From Eledone cirrhosa (taxonomy: Eukaryota), in contig OZ024741.1 of the NCBI GenBank assembly GCA_964016885.1, positions 172,980,001 through 173,044,000 of the forward strand: a stretch of 64,000 bases of DNA, given 5' to 3'. Shown in pieces: positions 39,640 through 50,612 of the stretch (position 1 is its first letter; each line of letters opens with the position of its first letter). The notes under the pieces are model-generated. The model had not been told where the DNA came from. It worked only from the letters and a program-made list of their open reading frames with translations, and ran no database searches. Position numbers and translations under genes: made by a program.

Positions 39640-41711
39640 AGTTAGATAAGTGTTTTCCTAAATCCCATAGATACCACTCTATTTTTAACAGGCATTCAAT
39701 CAAACTCTCTTACTCTACTACTATGAATATAGCATAAAATATTAATAGAGTTAATAATAGGAACTTAAAATTAAATCCAACCCAAATAAACCCTAATAGC
39801 AATAATAAAATTACTAGTAACAGTACTTATAATAATCATACCGTTCCTCTAGACAACAATTCTAGAAAATGTAACTGCAGAAACAGATTATGTTGCCCTC
39901 TACAGAATAATTGTCTAGATAAAAACTTAGTATACAAATGCACCATAAAAACTAGAGATAAATTATTTAACTATATAGGAGCCACTTCTACAAAAATTAA
40001 GGAACGCTGGTATATTCATAAACACACATTTAATAGATCAAACAAAAAATTCTCAACATCACTTTCACATTTAATTTGATCCTTAAAAGACAATAATATT
40101 GACTATTCGATCTCTTGGAGAACGATTTCGAAAGCACCCGCATACCGGAATATGGCTGTCTCAAGAATTTGTCAACTCTGTATTGAAGACATTTTTCACA
40201 TAATTACCAATCATAAGAATGCTATAAACAAAAAGAAAGAATTATTTAATTCTTGTTTGCATCGACCATCCAAGACTTTTAAAAGTAGCTATAATCTATA
40301 GAAAATATTATATATAACCTCTATATCTTTCCCAGTTACATTTTATATGTCTTCGCTGTTTTTTGTGATGTTTTAATGATATTTTTAAAGGTATTTTTGA
40401 TGTTTGTTGAACTTTTTTCTCATAGGCTTTATAGGTCTTTTAAATCCAAAGATACAAATATTTAATATCATCAAATTTATACATAGGTATAAGTAATGTT
40501 ATCAAAATATATACATAAAATGTTTATCTTAGAACATATGAAATATATGATACTCTAAAATCATATATAAAATAATTTTTCCATATACTAGAATTAGATT
40601 ATAAGTTGAAAGTAAATTCGAGACTAAACGATAAATATAACTATAACTTAACTCCTTAAACTAATAAAAATTAGAGTTATCTTTTCCTTTGAAAAGAAAC
40701 ATGTTTACATCTAATATCTACGTAACATTTAAACTTTACATAAATATTAAAATTTCGTAAATTTATTTCTATCTTGATACAAATATAGAATATACAAAAT
40801 AATATACATCTTCTATACTAAAATAGAATTACTTCCATATTCTTAAGCCATATACTGAAAATGTAAACTTATCTTCGCCCAACATATCATAACTCTTCTT
40901 ATATAAAGCTATCTATATCTATCTAAAATTATTTATCTATTAAATAAATAACATATATACTCACCAAAACTATTTATATATATACAATTAACCTGTAATA
41001 ATATAATAAAATATACTTATAACTGCAATCTTCTTAATATTAAAACACACCAGTAGATAGACCCAACCTTATATATAAATATAAGATACCTTTCACATTT
41101 TAAATTAATATTCTCTCACTTTAACACATTTATTTATAATTCACACGTTATATTATAAATACTTCCAAAATTTATAATTAAATTATAAAATAAATAAAAA
41201 TAAATATAATTATTTCATTCTCTCTACACACTTACAAATATGTTCCGGACAATTATATACGTACATTCCTATAAATATTCTGTTAATAACTTTAACATAT
41301 TTTTTTCTTAAAATCTTTCCTTAAATATTCTTCCACCCTAATAATAACCCCTATTTCCTTTTCTTATTAAAAAAAATAATCCTAATAATTATTTAAATTT
41401 ACCTAGCGTCTAAACATAACGAGCTTTTTCAGTTTTGAAGTTTTTCTTCACTATTCAATAGAACTCACAACATTAAGTTCTTGTCTGAATATGTCACTAT
41501 CTGTAAACCACCTTTCGTATTATATCTGATGAGTGCGTACTAAAATGTTGGTACCCTTGAAATATATATAATAAAATAAATATGGTTTTATAAAGATAGC
41601 TTCCATTTATTAATATTATTGATATTATACTCCAGAAGAAATTCTGTTGAGTGCTTCTAATCTGTTATAAATTAAATTTGTTGAATAATCAACAAATTAA
41701 ATAACTCATTG

Positions 41712-41713
<2 letters not shown>
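39640..41713 (+). mobile_element. Naiad-type Penelope-like element, 3' part (linker + GIY-YIG, long AT-rich 3'UTR, hammerhead)
   Basis: CFPKSHRYHSIFNRHSIKLSYS and KCNCRNRLCCPLQNNCLDKNLVYKC..YIGAT..KERWYIH..CQLC..INKKKELFNSCLH, stop at 40299-40301. Ends in (TA)n. Confidence 0.82.
41518..41578 (+). ncRNA. Minimal type I hammerhead of the Naiad-type 3' end
   Basis: tattatat-CTGATGA-..gtact..ggtac..-GAAA-tatata-TA-ataaaata. Confidence 0.7.
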
Positions 41714-41743
<30 letters not shown>

Positions 41744-41747
<4 letters not shown>

Positions 41748-42328
41748 GGTATGGATATTCCAACAGGTACTATGTACCCACAGAAATATGCATGGTATTT
41801 ATAATAGTTGTGGTTCGATGGTACTAATTTAAGATACCAGAACTATAAAAATGAGCGGAACAAGTAATCACCAAACAATCTTTTAAATAAATTTTAAAAA
41901 GATTTAAATATTCACCTGTTCTATTGCTGTTACCGACGGTTTCATTAATCAAAAGATTGGAAATTCAGAGAATTTCCAATGGAAAGAATTAGATCTTCAG
42001 ACAGCTATTTCCATACTATAAGGGTATAAGGCTTCCTGCCCGTTGCATGGGGTCAGGCCGTTAAAGTGACCTACACACAAAAATAGGCCATAAGTAAAAG
42101 CGGGATATTATAAACTTGTTGATCATGCCGCTAAAAATAGCAGCGTGATACAACGTTTTGTTCTCTACATATAAGGAGAATAAATATAAAAGGTATGTTC
42201 CATTGGAAATTCTCTGAATTTCCAATCTTTTGATTAGTGAAACCGTCGGTAAGAGCAATAGAACTGGTGAATATTTAAATCGGATTTTAATTTATTTAAA
42301 AGATTGTTTGATGATTACTTGTTCCGCT

Positions 42329-42335
<7 letters not shown>
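41744..42335 (-). mobile_element. PLE-type terminal element with inverted partial copy, between (TA)n tracts
   Basis: About 140-bp inverted repeat (about 41846-41984 vs 42198-42335). Contains a hammerhead. Confidence 0.7.
41926..42005 (-). ncRNA. Type I hammerhead with extended stem II
   Basis: Minus strand reads gctgt-CTGAAGA-tctaatt..attggaaattc-tct-gaatttccaat..gattaat-GAAA-ccgtcgg-TA-acagc. Confidence 0.75.
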
Positions 42336-42374
<39 letters not shown>

Positions 42375-42559
42375 GGTATATATATATTATGGGTATGGGA
42401 TGAGTCTTGAAAGTGGGAAGTTTCATCTGTGGACTCATAGAATCATCAGATAAGACTAAATTTATAGTAGCAGAGACAGTATAAATATGGGAAGACTCGG
42501 AGTAGGGGAGTGGGGTGGATGGATGTTTTTTAATGTATACTCCCAGCTCTTGAATAATC

Positions 42560-42634
<75 letters not shown>

Positions 42635-43401
42635 CGTGTGTGTGTCGCTAGTTAAAATTCCAGATTTTTTCACACACAACCAACACCACCACCACCACCC
42701 CGCTTATTAAATTTTACTAATCTATATCCGGTGTAATTTTATTGTAAGTGATTCATATTGATACAGCAGCCTTATAAACACTACGTGTTAGATGACAACG
42801 TCATTCTTTTGTTCCAGCGGTAGCTAAGAGACAGCAATCCAACAAGAAATTCCATATTTACGAACGTACATTATACAATTACCGATTCCAGTGTTATGAG
42901 GATACGTTACAGGTGTTTATGACATGATAATGATAGTGGCTGGTGTAAAACGAATGAAACAGGCCAGTAGTTATCTGCTAGAGAAATCTTTTATAGATTA
43001 ATGCTGCTTATGAAAAATACAATTTGTTTTCGCTCTTAACATTGTGGATACCTAAATGTATTCATGATTGAATAATAATATTATTATAATATCATATAAT
43101 AAATATTCGGTTTGTTTGCAAGCAAACAGCCTCATGAACACCACGTGTTAGATGACAACGTCATCCTTTTGTTCCAGCTGTAGCTAAGAGAAAATATTCG
43201 ACAATTGACAATTGACAATTGTTTCGGAATGTTTTTCTCATTGTCAACGTTGTGTAATCTGGTCGCTGCTACCCCTGGAACTGCTGAGAACACATAGTAT
43301 TCTCAAATGTATATACATCGGCTGATTAGCCTCATTTACATACCGAGCGATTTTACGGCCGGCTTTATGGTGTTTAAGGTGATGTGATGATAAATAGGAG
43401 A

Positions 43402-44480
43402 TAATTGTTTCTATATTTGGCACACGATCAGCAATTACCCTGTACATTACTGGTACTTTATTTTATGGACCCTGTAAGGCACAGTTAACTTCGGCGGGAT
43501 TTTAACTCGGAACGTAAAGGGTCATAACTCTATGTTACAAAGCATGGTGTCTGACATTCGACCGATACTGGAGATAATGATAAACAAAATGAATAGAAAA
43601 TAAAATTAGTGGTAGGTGAGTTCATATCAATTAATAAGGGTGGGATTGCGGTAAATGTTTATCAATTCAAATAACCTGGCACTACTTTCGTTGTCACAGA
43701 CGAGGGTAATAGCACAAGTAATGGCATAGCTAGAGCGTGTGCCGCCCGTGACATACCCTTAAGTTTGCTGCTCTCTGGTCCCTCACATGCTCAAATATCA
43801 ATAGATATATACATATATATATTAATTCTTTACACTTTTGGCACAAGGTCAGCAATTATCCCAGTTTATTACTGGTGCTCTATTTTATCGATCCCGTAAG
43901 GATCATAAAGGACCGTAACTCTATGCTACACAGCATGGCGTCCGACCCTCTACCGATACTGCCGGGGATGAATAACAGTTAACGGGTGGAAAAAATAAGA
44001 TATTTAATGAATAGATGGCAGATAATGGTATTACTGCTATTAATTTCAATTGATATTTGAATAATTAATGCTTGAATATTTTGAAGAGTACATACACCAG
44101 GTCCGGACACAAGAGAACCGAATCACCACTGTCACTGCCTCCGTCTCTCCCACTTTCCCAATCTCTCACTATTCTGAGCAAATGCGGCCCATGTGCTGGC
44201 CGCCCCACGTGGACAGAATAGTTATGATGCTGGTGATGAGAAAGAAGACAGTGAGGATAGTGCATGTGATGATGATGATGGTGGTGGAGATAAAATAGCA
44301 AGAAATAGCATTTAATGAAATTAAATCGACACAAGTGCGTGACTGGTACTTTATTTTATCGATCCCGTAAGGATGAAAGTCAAAGTTAACCTCGGCAGGA
44401 TTTGAATTCGGACCGTAAAGGGTCGTAACTCTATACTGCAAAGTATGGTGCCCGACTCTCTACCGATACTGCCAATCCAC
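43402..44480 (-). mobile_element. Three tRNA/Nin-like SINE copies (about 43402-43570, 43825-43965, 44340-44480)
   Basis: Match the SINE consensus seen across the window. Confidence 0.72.
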
Positions 44481-44738
44481 CCCCCTAGCATTTAATGAAA
44501 TAATAAAATTAGTAAAATGGCAAAATATTATTTGGCAATGATAAGAAGTAATAAAGTGGTAGAGAATGAAAAATAGTACTGTCCTGTAGCAAGGTGTTTC
44601 AGTGACATTTACTTCTAGTTTTAATGAAGATTACAGTGATAACAAATTAGAAATAGTGGAGGCGATAGTGCTAAAGTAATTGAAATACAGACACGATGAA
44701 TTAGTGATGGTGAAGAAAATATAGATGAGAATTTAATG

Positions 44739-44989
44739 TACTAGCAAAATGGCCCGGCGTTGCTCGGGATTCTAAACATAGATTCGCATGTTTATCCCTC
44801 CTTTATGAAACAGTACAGAGAAGTACGGAATACCTCGGCCTCGGGATGATGTCTACATTTTGTGCTTATAAAAAAATTCGTCGTATATTACCGGGATTTT
44901 TTTTTCGTGCGAAGAAAATCAATACTTTATCGCGAAATAAATACTTTTGTTTATATTTTGTTATTGCGTATGCAAAAATATCTGTACAC

Positions 44990-45037
<48 letters not shown>

Positions 45038-45494
45038 ACAGATTAAAGTTTAAACAAAGAATCGCTGCTTTCCCCCTTAACGGTATCTTCTGAAACTAAA
45101 AAAAATCAATCTGTGAACGCAGAAGTAAATATTTCGAAAAACGTTACACACTATATATATACACACACTATATATACATATATATACACACACACATATA
45201 GCGTCATAATGTCGTAATGCAGACAGCCAGATATACAGACAGATATTATAAGGGCGCAACGTTATATCTATGTATCTATCTAAAAAGAAAGACTAGAATT
45301 ATAGAGAGAGATCGCTAAATCGCCTAATGCGGTCCCTGGGGCATTGAAAATTTGAAATATGTTTTGTTCAAAACTCTCATACGACCAGAAGTATTACATG
45401 TGTAAACTTTGAAAACAATCGGTTGGGTGGTTCTTGAGTTTTAGGGAGTCAGACAGACAGACAGACAGACATTCTCTGTTTTAGATATATAGAT
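44739..45494 (+). mobile_element. Non-autonomous Helitron-like (Lep1/HINE-style) element
   Basis: Starts tactagc..cccggcgttgctcggg, has internal aaactttgaaaacaatcggtt and (gaca)n, and ends atatagat. Related pieces at about 36510-36645, 37740-37860 and 59396-59560. Confidence 0.55.
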
Positions 45495-45831
45495 AAAAAT
45501 ATGGGGCGGTGGTGGTCGTCGTGGTAGGGGGCAATAACCGAAGTATGTAAAGCTGAAAGATTTGCACTAGTTTTGCAAAAGAGATTTAGAAGAAGAAACG
45601 AATGTTGGATTACCCAGAGTCTGCAAATCTCTCGCGATTATAATAGTAATATACATAATATGTAGATTCCCGAGTTGTGTTGTGGAAGAGGGAGGTGGGT
45701 AATCACAATTACAAAAGGTACTCAATACATTGGTAGAGTATAGGCATTTTTTATTTATGTAGAAGTGACTTCTACGGCACTAGAAGTCTTTCATTCCTGA
45801 TGATTTCATTCCTGATGATTTCATACGAATA

Positions 45832-46105
45832 TATAAGCAAAAGAGATATTCAATTTGTTGGTAATTCAACAAATATAAATGTTTATAACTGATTCAGAGC
45901 ACTCGGCAAGTTTTCTGGAGTATAATATTCAATGATATTTAATAAATGAAAACTATATATATAAAACCATATTTATTCTATTATATATATTTCAAGGGTA
46001 CCAAAACTTTGGTACACTTTCATCAGATAAAATACAAAGTTTGTTTTATAAATGTTGACATATCCAAGAAAAGATACCTTAGCGGTTCAAGTTTTTCTTG
46101 GATAG
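45832..46105 (-). mobile_element. Solo 3' end of the Naiad-type PLE family
   Basis: Reverse-complement homology to about 41470-41715. Confidence 0.72.
45974..46034 (-). ncRNA. Minimal type I hammerhead
   Basis: Minus strand reads tattttat-CTGATGA-aag-t-gtaccaaa-gt-tttggtac-c-ctt-GAAA-tatata-TA-atagaata, with an 8-bp stem I. Confidence 0.8.
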
Positions 46106-46218
46106 TCTATCCAAGATAAACATATATATATAACTTGTATATATATATATAACTTGTATATATATATATAACTTGTATATATATATAACTTATATATATA
46201 TAACTTATATATATATAA

Positions 46219-46253
<35 letters not shown>

Positions 46254-46263
46254 ATTATTATTA

Positions 46264-46295
<32 letters not shown>

Positions 46296-48329
46296 CTTTG
46301 AGTCTCAGTGATTGATGTTATTTAACTGGAAAGTTTGTTGAAATGAATATCAAGCTACTACCTGCAGCCTCAGATATTCAGGAGGTATCGGAGGGTTCTT
46401 GCTGTTCCCAGCAAGCATGCCTTTTGAAGTGTTCCAAAGAGCGGGGCTGGACTAATTTTCTTTAACCATACTTGGAAACTCTTTGAGATAGTACCTAGTG
46501 CGCCTAATACAATCGGGACGACTCTGACTTCTTGGCAGTTCCAAATCATTTTTACCTCCCACTTTAAGTCCTGGTATCGGTTAATTTTCTCCATCTCCTT
46601 TTCTTGCACTCTCATATCAAATGGGCAGGCTACATCTACAATCAGGCATGATCCTTTTTCCTTGTCCAAAACCACCAGGTCAGGTCTATTGTGTTCCAGT
46701 TTCTTATCCGTCTGTATCCTAAAATCCCATAGCACCTTCACCTGATCGTTTTCTATCACCGACTCTGGCTTATGATCATACCACTTGTCAGAATGTGGTA
46801 AATTGTTTACTTTGCATAGGTGCCTGTGGATCACCCTGCCCATCACATCATGTCTCCAGCCTTTATAGTGAGTCTGGGCTAGGTGTTTACACTCGGATAC
46901 AATGTGAGCCACAGTCTCCTCTCTCTCTCCACAGATCCTACACAGTGGGCTTGCCCCCTCCTTGTAAATATGGTGTTTCAACCACTTCGTTCTGAGGTCC
47001 TGCTCTTGCGCAGCCATTAGCATTCCTTCTGTAGCCTTTTTAAGTTCTCCTCTTTTTAACCAGTTCCATGTCTGTGGATCTCTAAATTCAGTTTTCTCAA
47101 AGAAGGTACTATGAAGGGATTTTCCCTGAAGGCTGCTCTTTCTCCTTGATGTTATTTCCTCCTTGGACATCCCCTGGCCTACTGTCCCCTCCTTCAGTAC
47201 AGTTCTGAGCATTGGCTCCTTACTATCAGTCACGTATTTGTATAGGTTGTTTTTCTCCATCTGAACACAGTCCTCTATGCTGATAAGACCTCTTCCACCC
47301 TCAGATCTCCTTAGGTAGAGTCTATCGACATCACTCCTCTTGTGGAACATGTTGTAGATAGTCAATAGCTTCCTAGTCTTCCTATCCATTTCTTTTTGTT
47401 CAGCAACATTCCATCTCAGAATTCCCGCACTGTACCTAATAATAGACACAGCTCGGGAATTTACTGCGCTTATGGCATTTCTGCTGTTCAGATGTGACTT
47501 CAATACGCTCCTTACTCTCCGAATGTATTCAGTTCTTAACAATTCCTTCATTTTTTTGTTCTTTATGCCATCAGCCTCCAGAACGCCCAAATACTTGTAT
47601 CCTTCCTCAGAGTCAATTTCCTTTATCATCTCACCTGTTGGTATCTGGATTCCGTTACTTCTGCTCAACCTACCCCTCCTCATCACAATGACTCCACACT
47701 TACTAATACCAAACTGCATACATATATCACTGCTGAAAATGCGGACAGTGTCAACAAGCACATCCAACTCCTTCTCACTCTTCCCGAAGAGCTTAAGATC
47801 GTCCATGAAGAGGAGGTGATTGATGGTAAGCTCTCCCTTTCCCAACTTGTATCCTGCTCTCACTTTTCGCAGCATAATGGTCAAGGGCATCAGGGAAAGG
47901 ACAAACAACAGAGGGGACAGGCTATCTCCCTGGAAGATACGTCTCTTGATCTTCACGCTTCCCAAGGATTCTCCAGTTGATGTCAACTCTGTCTCCCAGG
48001 ACCCCATACTCCTGCCCAGCAACTGTCTGATGTTATCTGCCACCTTGAAGATCTCCAGGCTTTTGGTGATCCAAGAGTGAGGCACCATGTCAAATGCCTT
48101 TCTGTAGTCTATCCATCCCATGGCAAGATCAGTGTGTCTCCTCCTGCAATTCCCCATTACCATCTTATCAATAAGCAACTGGTCCTTTATACCACGTAAC
48201 TTCTTTCGGCATCCTTTCTGTTCGTCCGGTAACAAGTTGTTTGTGTGGAGGTGATGGTAGATTTCCTCAGACACAATGCTCGTCAACAGTTTCCACATTA
48301 CGGACAGACATGTGATAGGTCTATAGTTG

Positions 48330-48330
<1 letters not shown>
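46296..48330 (-). mobile_element. R4/Dong LINE family D3 in (TAA)n, 5'-truncated
   Basis: Flanked by (TTA)n on both sides. Dong is an established (TAA)n-targeting R4-clade element. Confidence 0.92.
46370..48298 (-). CDS. Dong-type RT-CCHC-RLE polyprotein, open but N-terminally truncated (642 aa)
   Basis: [52 protein letters not shown] and HNRPD..IVDVACP..EK..RY. Confidence 0.88.
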   Translation of the reverse strand: MWKLLTSIVSEEIYHHLHTNNLLPDEQKGCRKKLRGIKDQLLIDKMVMGNCRRRHTDLAMGWIDYRKAFDMVPHSWITKSLEIFKVADNIRQLLGRSMGSWETELTSTGESLGSVKIKRRIFQGDSLSPLLFVLSLMPLTIMLRKVRAGYKLGKGELTINHLLFMDDLKLFGKSEKELDVLVDTVRIFSSDICMQFGISKCGVIVMRRGRLSRSNGIQIPTGEMIKEIDSEEGYKYLGVLEADGIKNKKMKELLRTEYIRRVRSVLKSHLNSRNAISAVNSRAVSIIRYSAGILRWNVAEQKEMDRKTRKLLTIYNMFHKRSDVDRLYLRRSEGGRGLISIEDCVQMEKNNLYKYVTDSKEPMLRTVLKEGTVGQGMSKEEITSRRKSSLQGKSLHSTFFEKTEFRDPQTWNWLKRGELKKATEGMLMAAQEQDLRTKWLKHHIYKEGASPLCRICGEREETVAHIVSECKHLAQTHYKGWRHDVMGRVIHRHLCKVNNLPHSDKWYDHKPESVIENDQVKVLWDFRIQTDKKLEHNRPDLVVLDKEKGSCLIVDVACPFDMRVQEKEMEKINRYQDLKWEVKMIWNCQEVRVVPIVLGALGTISKSFQVWLKKISPAPLFGTLQKACLLGTARTLRYLLNI

Positions 48331-48362
<32 letters not shown>

Positions 48363-48570
48363 GGCGACCTACGTAGTAAATCGTATCATCGTGAGCTCCG
48401 CAAAGGTTTGTTATTTCCGTTTGTTAAAAATTGCCATTTATAGAAAATTTTATTGTTAACTGTTTATAAGCACACATACATTGTTTTCCGAAAAGGACAC
48501 CCAAAAAGATTGGGGCCTTGTGCCCAAAATTTTAACTTTTATTATTATCCAAAAATTTCTTTGAAAAAGA

Positions 48571-50578
48571 ATGGCTAATTCCCCTCTGCACGAAGCAGCT
48601 GAAAGCCTTCCTCACAAAATAACACCTCACACCGACACCACCATTGTAAATGTTACTACGTTTGCCAACACAAAAAAAAATATAAGCAGTAGCAATATTT
48701 TAAATTTGTCTCAGGCAGACATTCATTTCCCGCCATTACCAATGACTGCAGGTGTTAAAGCCTCCACCACCACCACCACCGCGACAACCACAACCCCACC
48801 ACCACCGCGACAACAGAAACAAAAGAAGAAAAAAATAAATTAACTCGTGATGTCGAAATGAAATCAAGCAAAATGGACTCTTCCGCACCAAAAGACGACT
48901 GACGTCACCACCACCACAACTGAAACTAAAATTAAGATTAACACAAATAACGATAGCAACAACAACAACAACAATGACATTATAAAACCGACCCTCAGTT
49001 TCGCCATCGTAGCAAAACAATTCGAAGCGTTCACGGTAACTCAAGAGGATTTAGAAAATGCCAAACAAATGGTAAAGAAAGATGGGTACAGGGTCAGCCT
49101 CACCCCCCCCCCCCACACACACCTAATAAAATGGAGCATCGGCGCCTATGCACCGTGTCGTATAGAACAATAAATGTAAAATCGCGCCGAGTGGAACGGG
49201 CATCCGAGTCCCAAATCCAAAAAGCTTTGGGACATGTGTGGGCAAGAAAAACCCACATCAGACGTGGGCAAAAGTATGGAACCGTGGATGTGTTCTTTGA
49301 AACACCAGAGGAGGCTAGAGAACACTCCATGGCCTAATTAAAAAGTGACGACTTCACACTCGTCCCAAGCTATTGTGGCCAGAGACTCGTAAAGATCAGG
49401 GTGACCCACGTTCCACCGGCCATCGAAATTCCCTGGCTAATAGCGGCTGTCCTCGCCGGCATCGAAGCCAACACGAAAATAATAGCAATAGCAAAAGAAA
49501 AGCAGGAAAACTGGTCCGGATCTGGGATGGAGCTCCTGATCCAAGCGGACCAAAAAAGCATTGAGGAGATCCCAGAGGTAATAGACCTCACTGACGGCAG
49601 CCACCTCACGGTAATTGTCGAGGGCAGAAGACCTAGGTGTGTCGTTTGTGATGAAGGAACCCACCTAAGGGCTTTCTGCCCTCAGGCTAAAAGGTTGAGG
49701 CTACCTCTCCTACCCACCCCAGTGACACAACCATCAACACCACCAGTAGCAGAGATGGCAGCAACAACTGTAGCAGCAACAACAGAAGCAACTATAACAG
49801 CAACAACCCCAGCAACAGTAGCAAAACCAACACCACTACCACCACCAGCAAAACCAACACCACCACCACCCAACGCTTCAGAACTAGCACCAGCGCCTAC
49901 ACCATCCACCGCACCACAACCAAAATTAACGGCTGTGGAGGATTTTCCACTCCCCGGCCTATCACAACTGGAGACAGATTGTGACGACGAGGAGTGGGAA
50001 ACGATATCCGGAAAAAAAAAAGAAACCAAAAAAGAAAAAATTCTCTTCCTTCCCCCTCCAAAAACAAAATACAGAGGGAAACAAATAAACTAAGAAACAA
50101 AAAAGTTAGGACAGATATGCCACCATCCACACCAGCATCACCAACCCCATCAACCCAAACACCAACACCATCACCATCATTAACTCCAACACCACCATCA
50201 CCTACACCACAAAAGTCACCAAAATGCGAAACAGAAACAAACCCACAACAAACGCAAACAAAACAAAACAACCAAAACGATACACACTACACAGTATTAA
50301 ATTTGAACAACAAGCAATTATTACACTACATCCAACACAACACCAGCATCACAGAAAAAGACTACACAACAACCCCAAAATTCACACCACCTCCACACAT
50401 ACAAATCACTCGCATCACACAGAAAACGTACATGACACTAAAACAAAAATTCCCCAAAGACATCGGAGACTTCCGACAAGCACTCTCCAGGAGGATTTAT
50501 AAGGACATCCTTCCTGAGGAGGCCACAAGCAGTGAAAAGGATGGAAAAACCGTCCTTCCCCTACGAGAAGTAAGGTAA
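48571..50578 (+). pseudogene. Tx1 ORF1 (gag-like, CCHC knuckle, Pro/Thr-rich), disrupted
   Basis: RPRCVVCDEGTHLRAFCP (CX2CX4HX4C). In-frame TAA at 49335-49337 and frameshifts near homopolymer runs. Confidence 0.8.
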
Positions 50579-50612
50579 GTGGTCTTTCCCATCTTTTCCA
50601 CTCCTTTTCAAC

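Noticed and set aside
40077-40079. In-frame TGA in the Naiad-type ORF as selenocysteine
   Set aside because: It falls at a position normally Trp (LS..IW.LK), not Cys, and the copy has another stop upstream. Simple TGG>TGA decay is more likely.
45790-45840. CTGATGA twice
   Set aside because: Short tandem duplication with no stem II and no GAAA.
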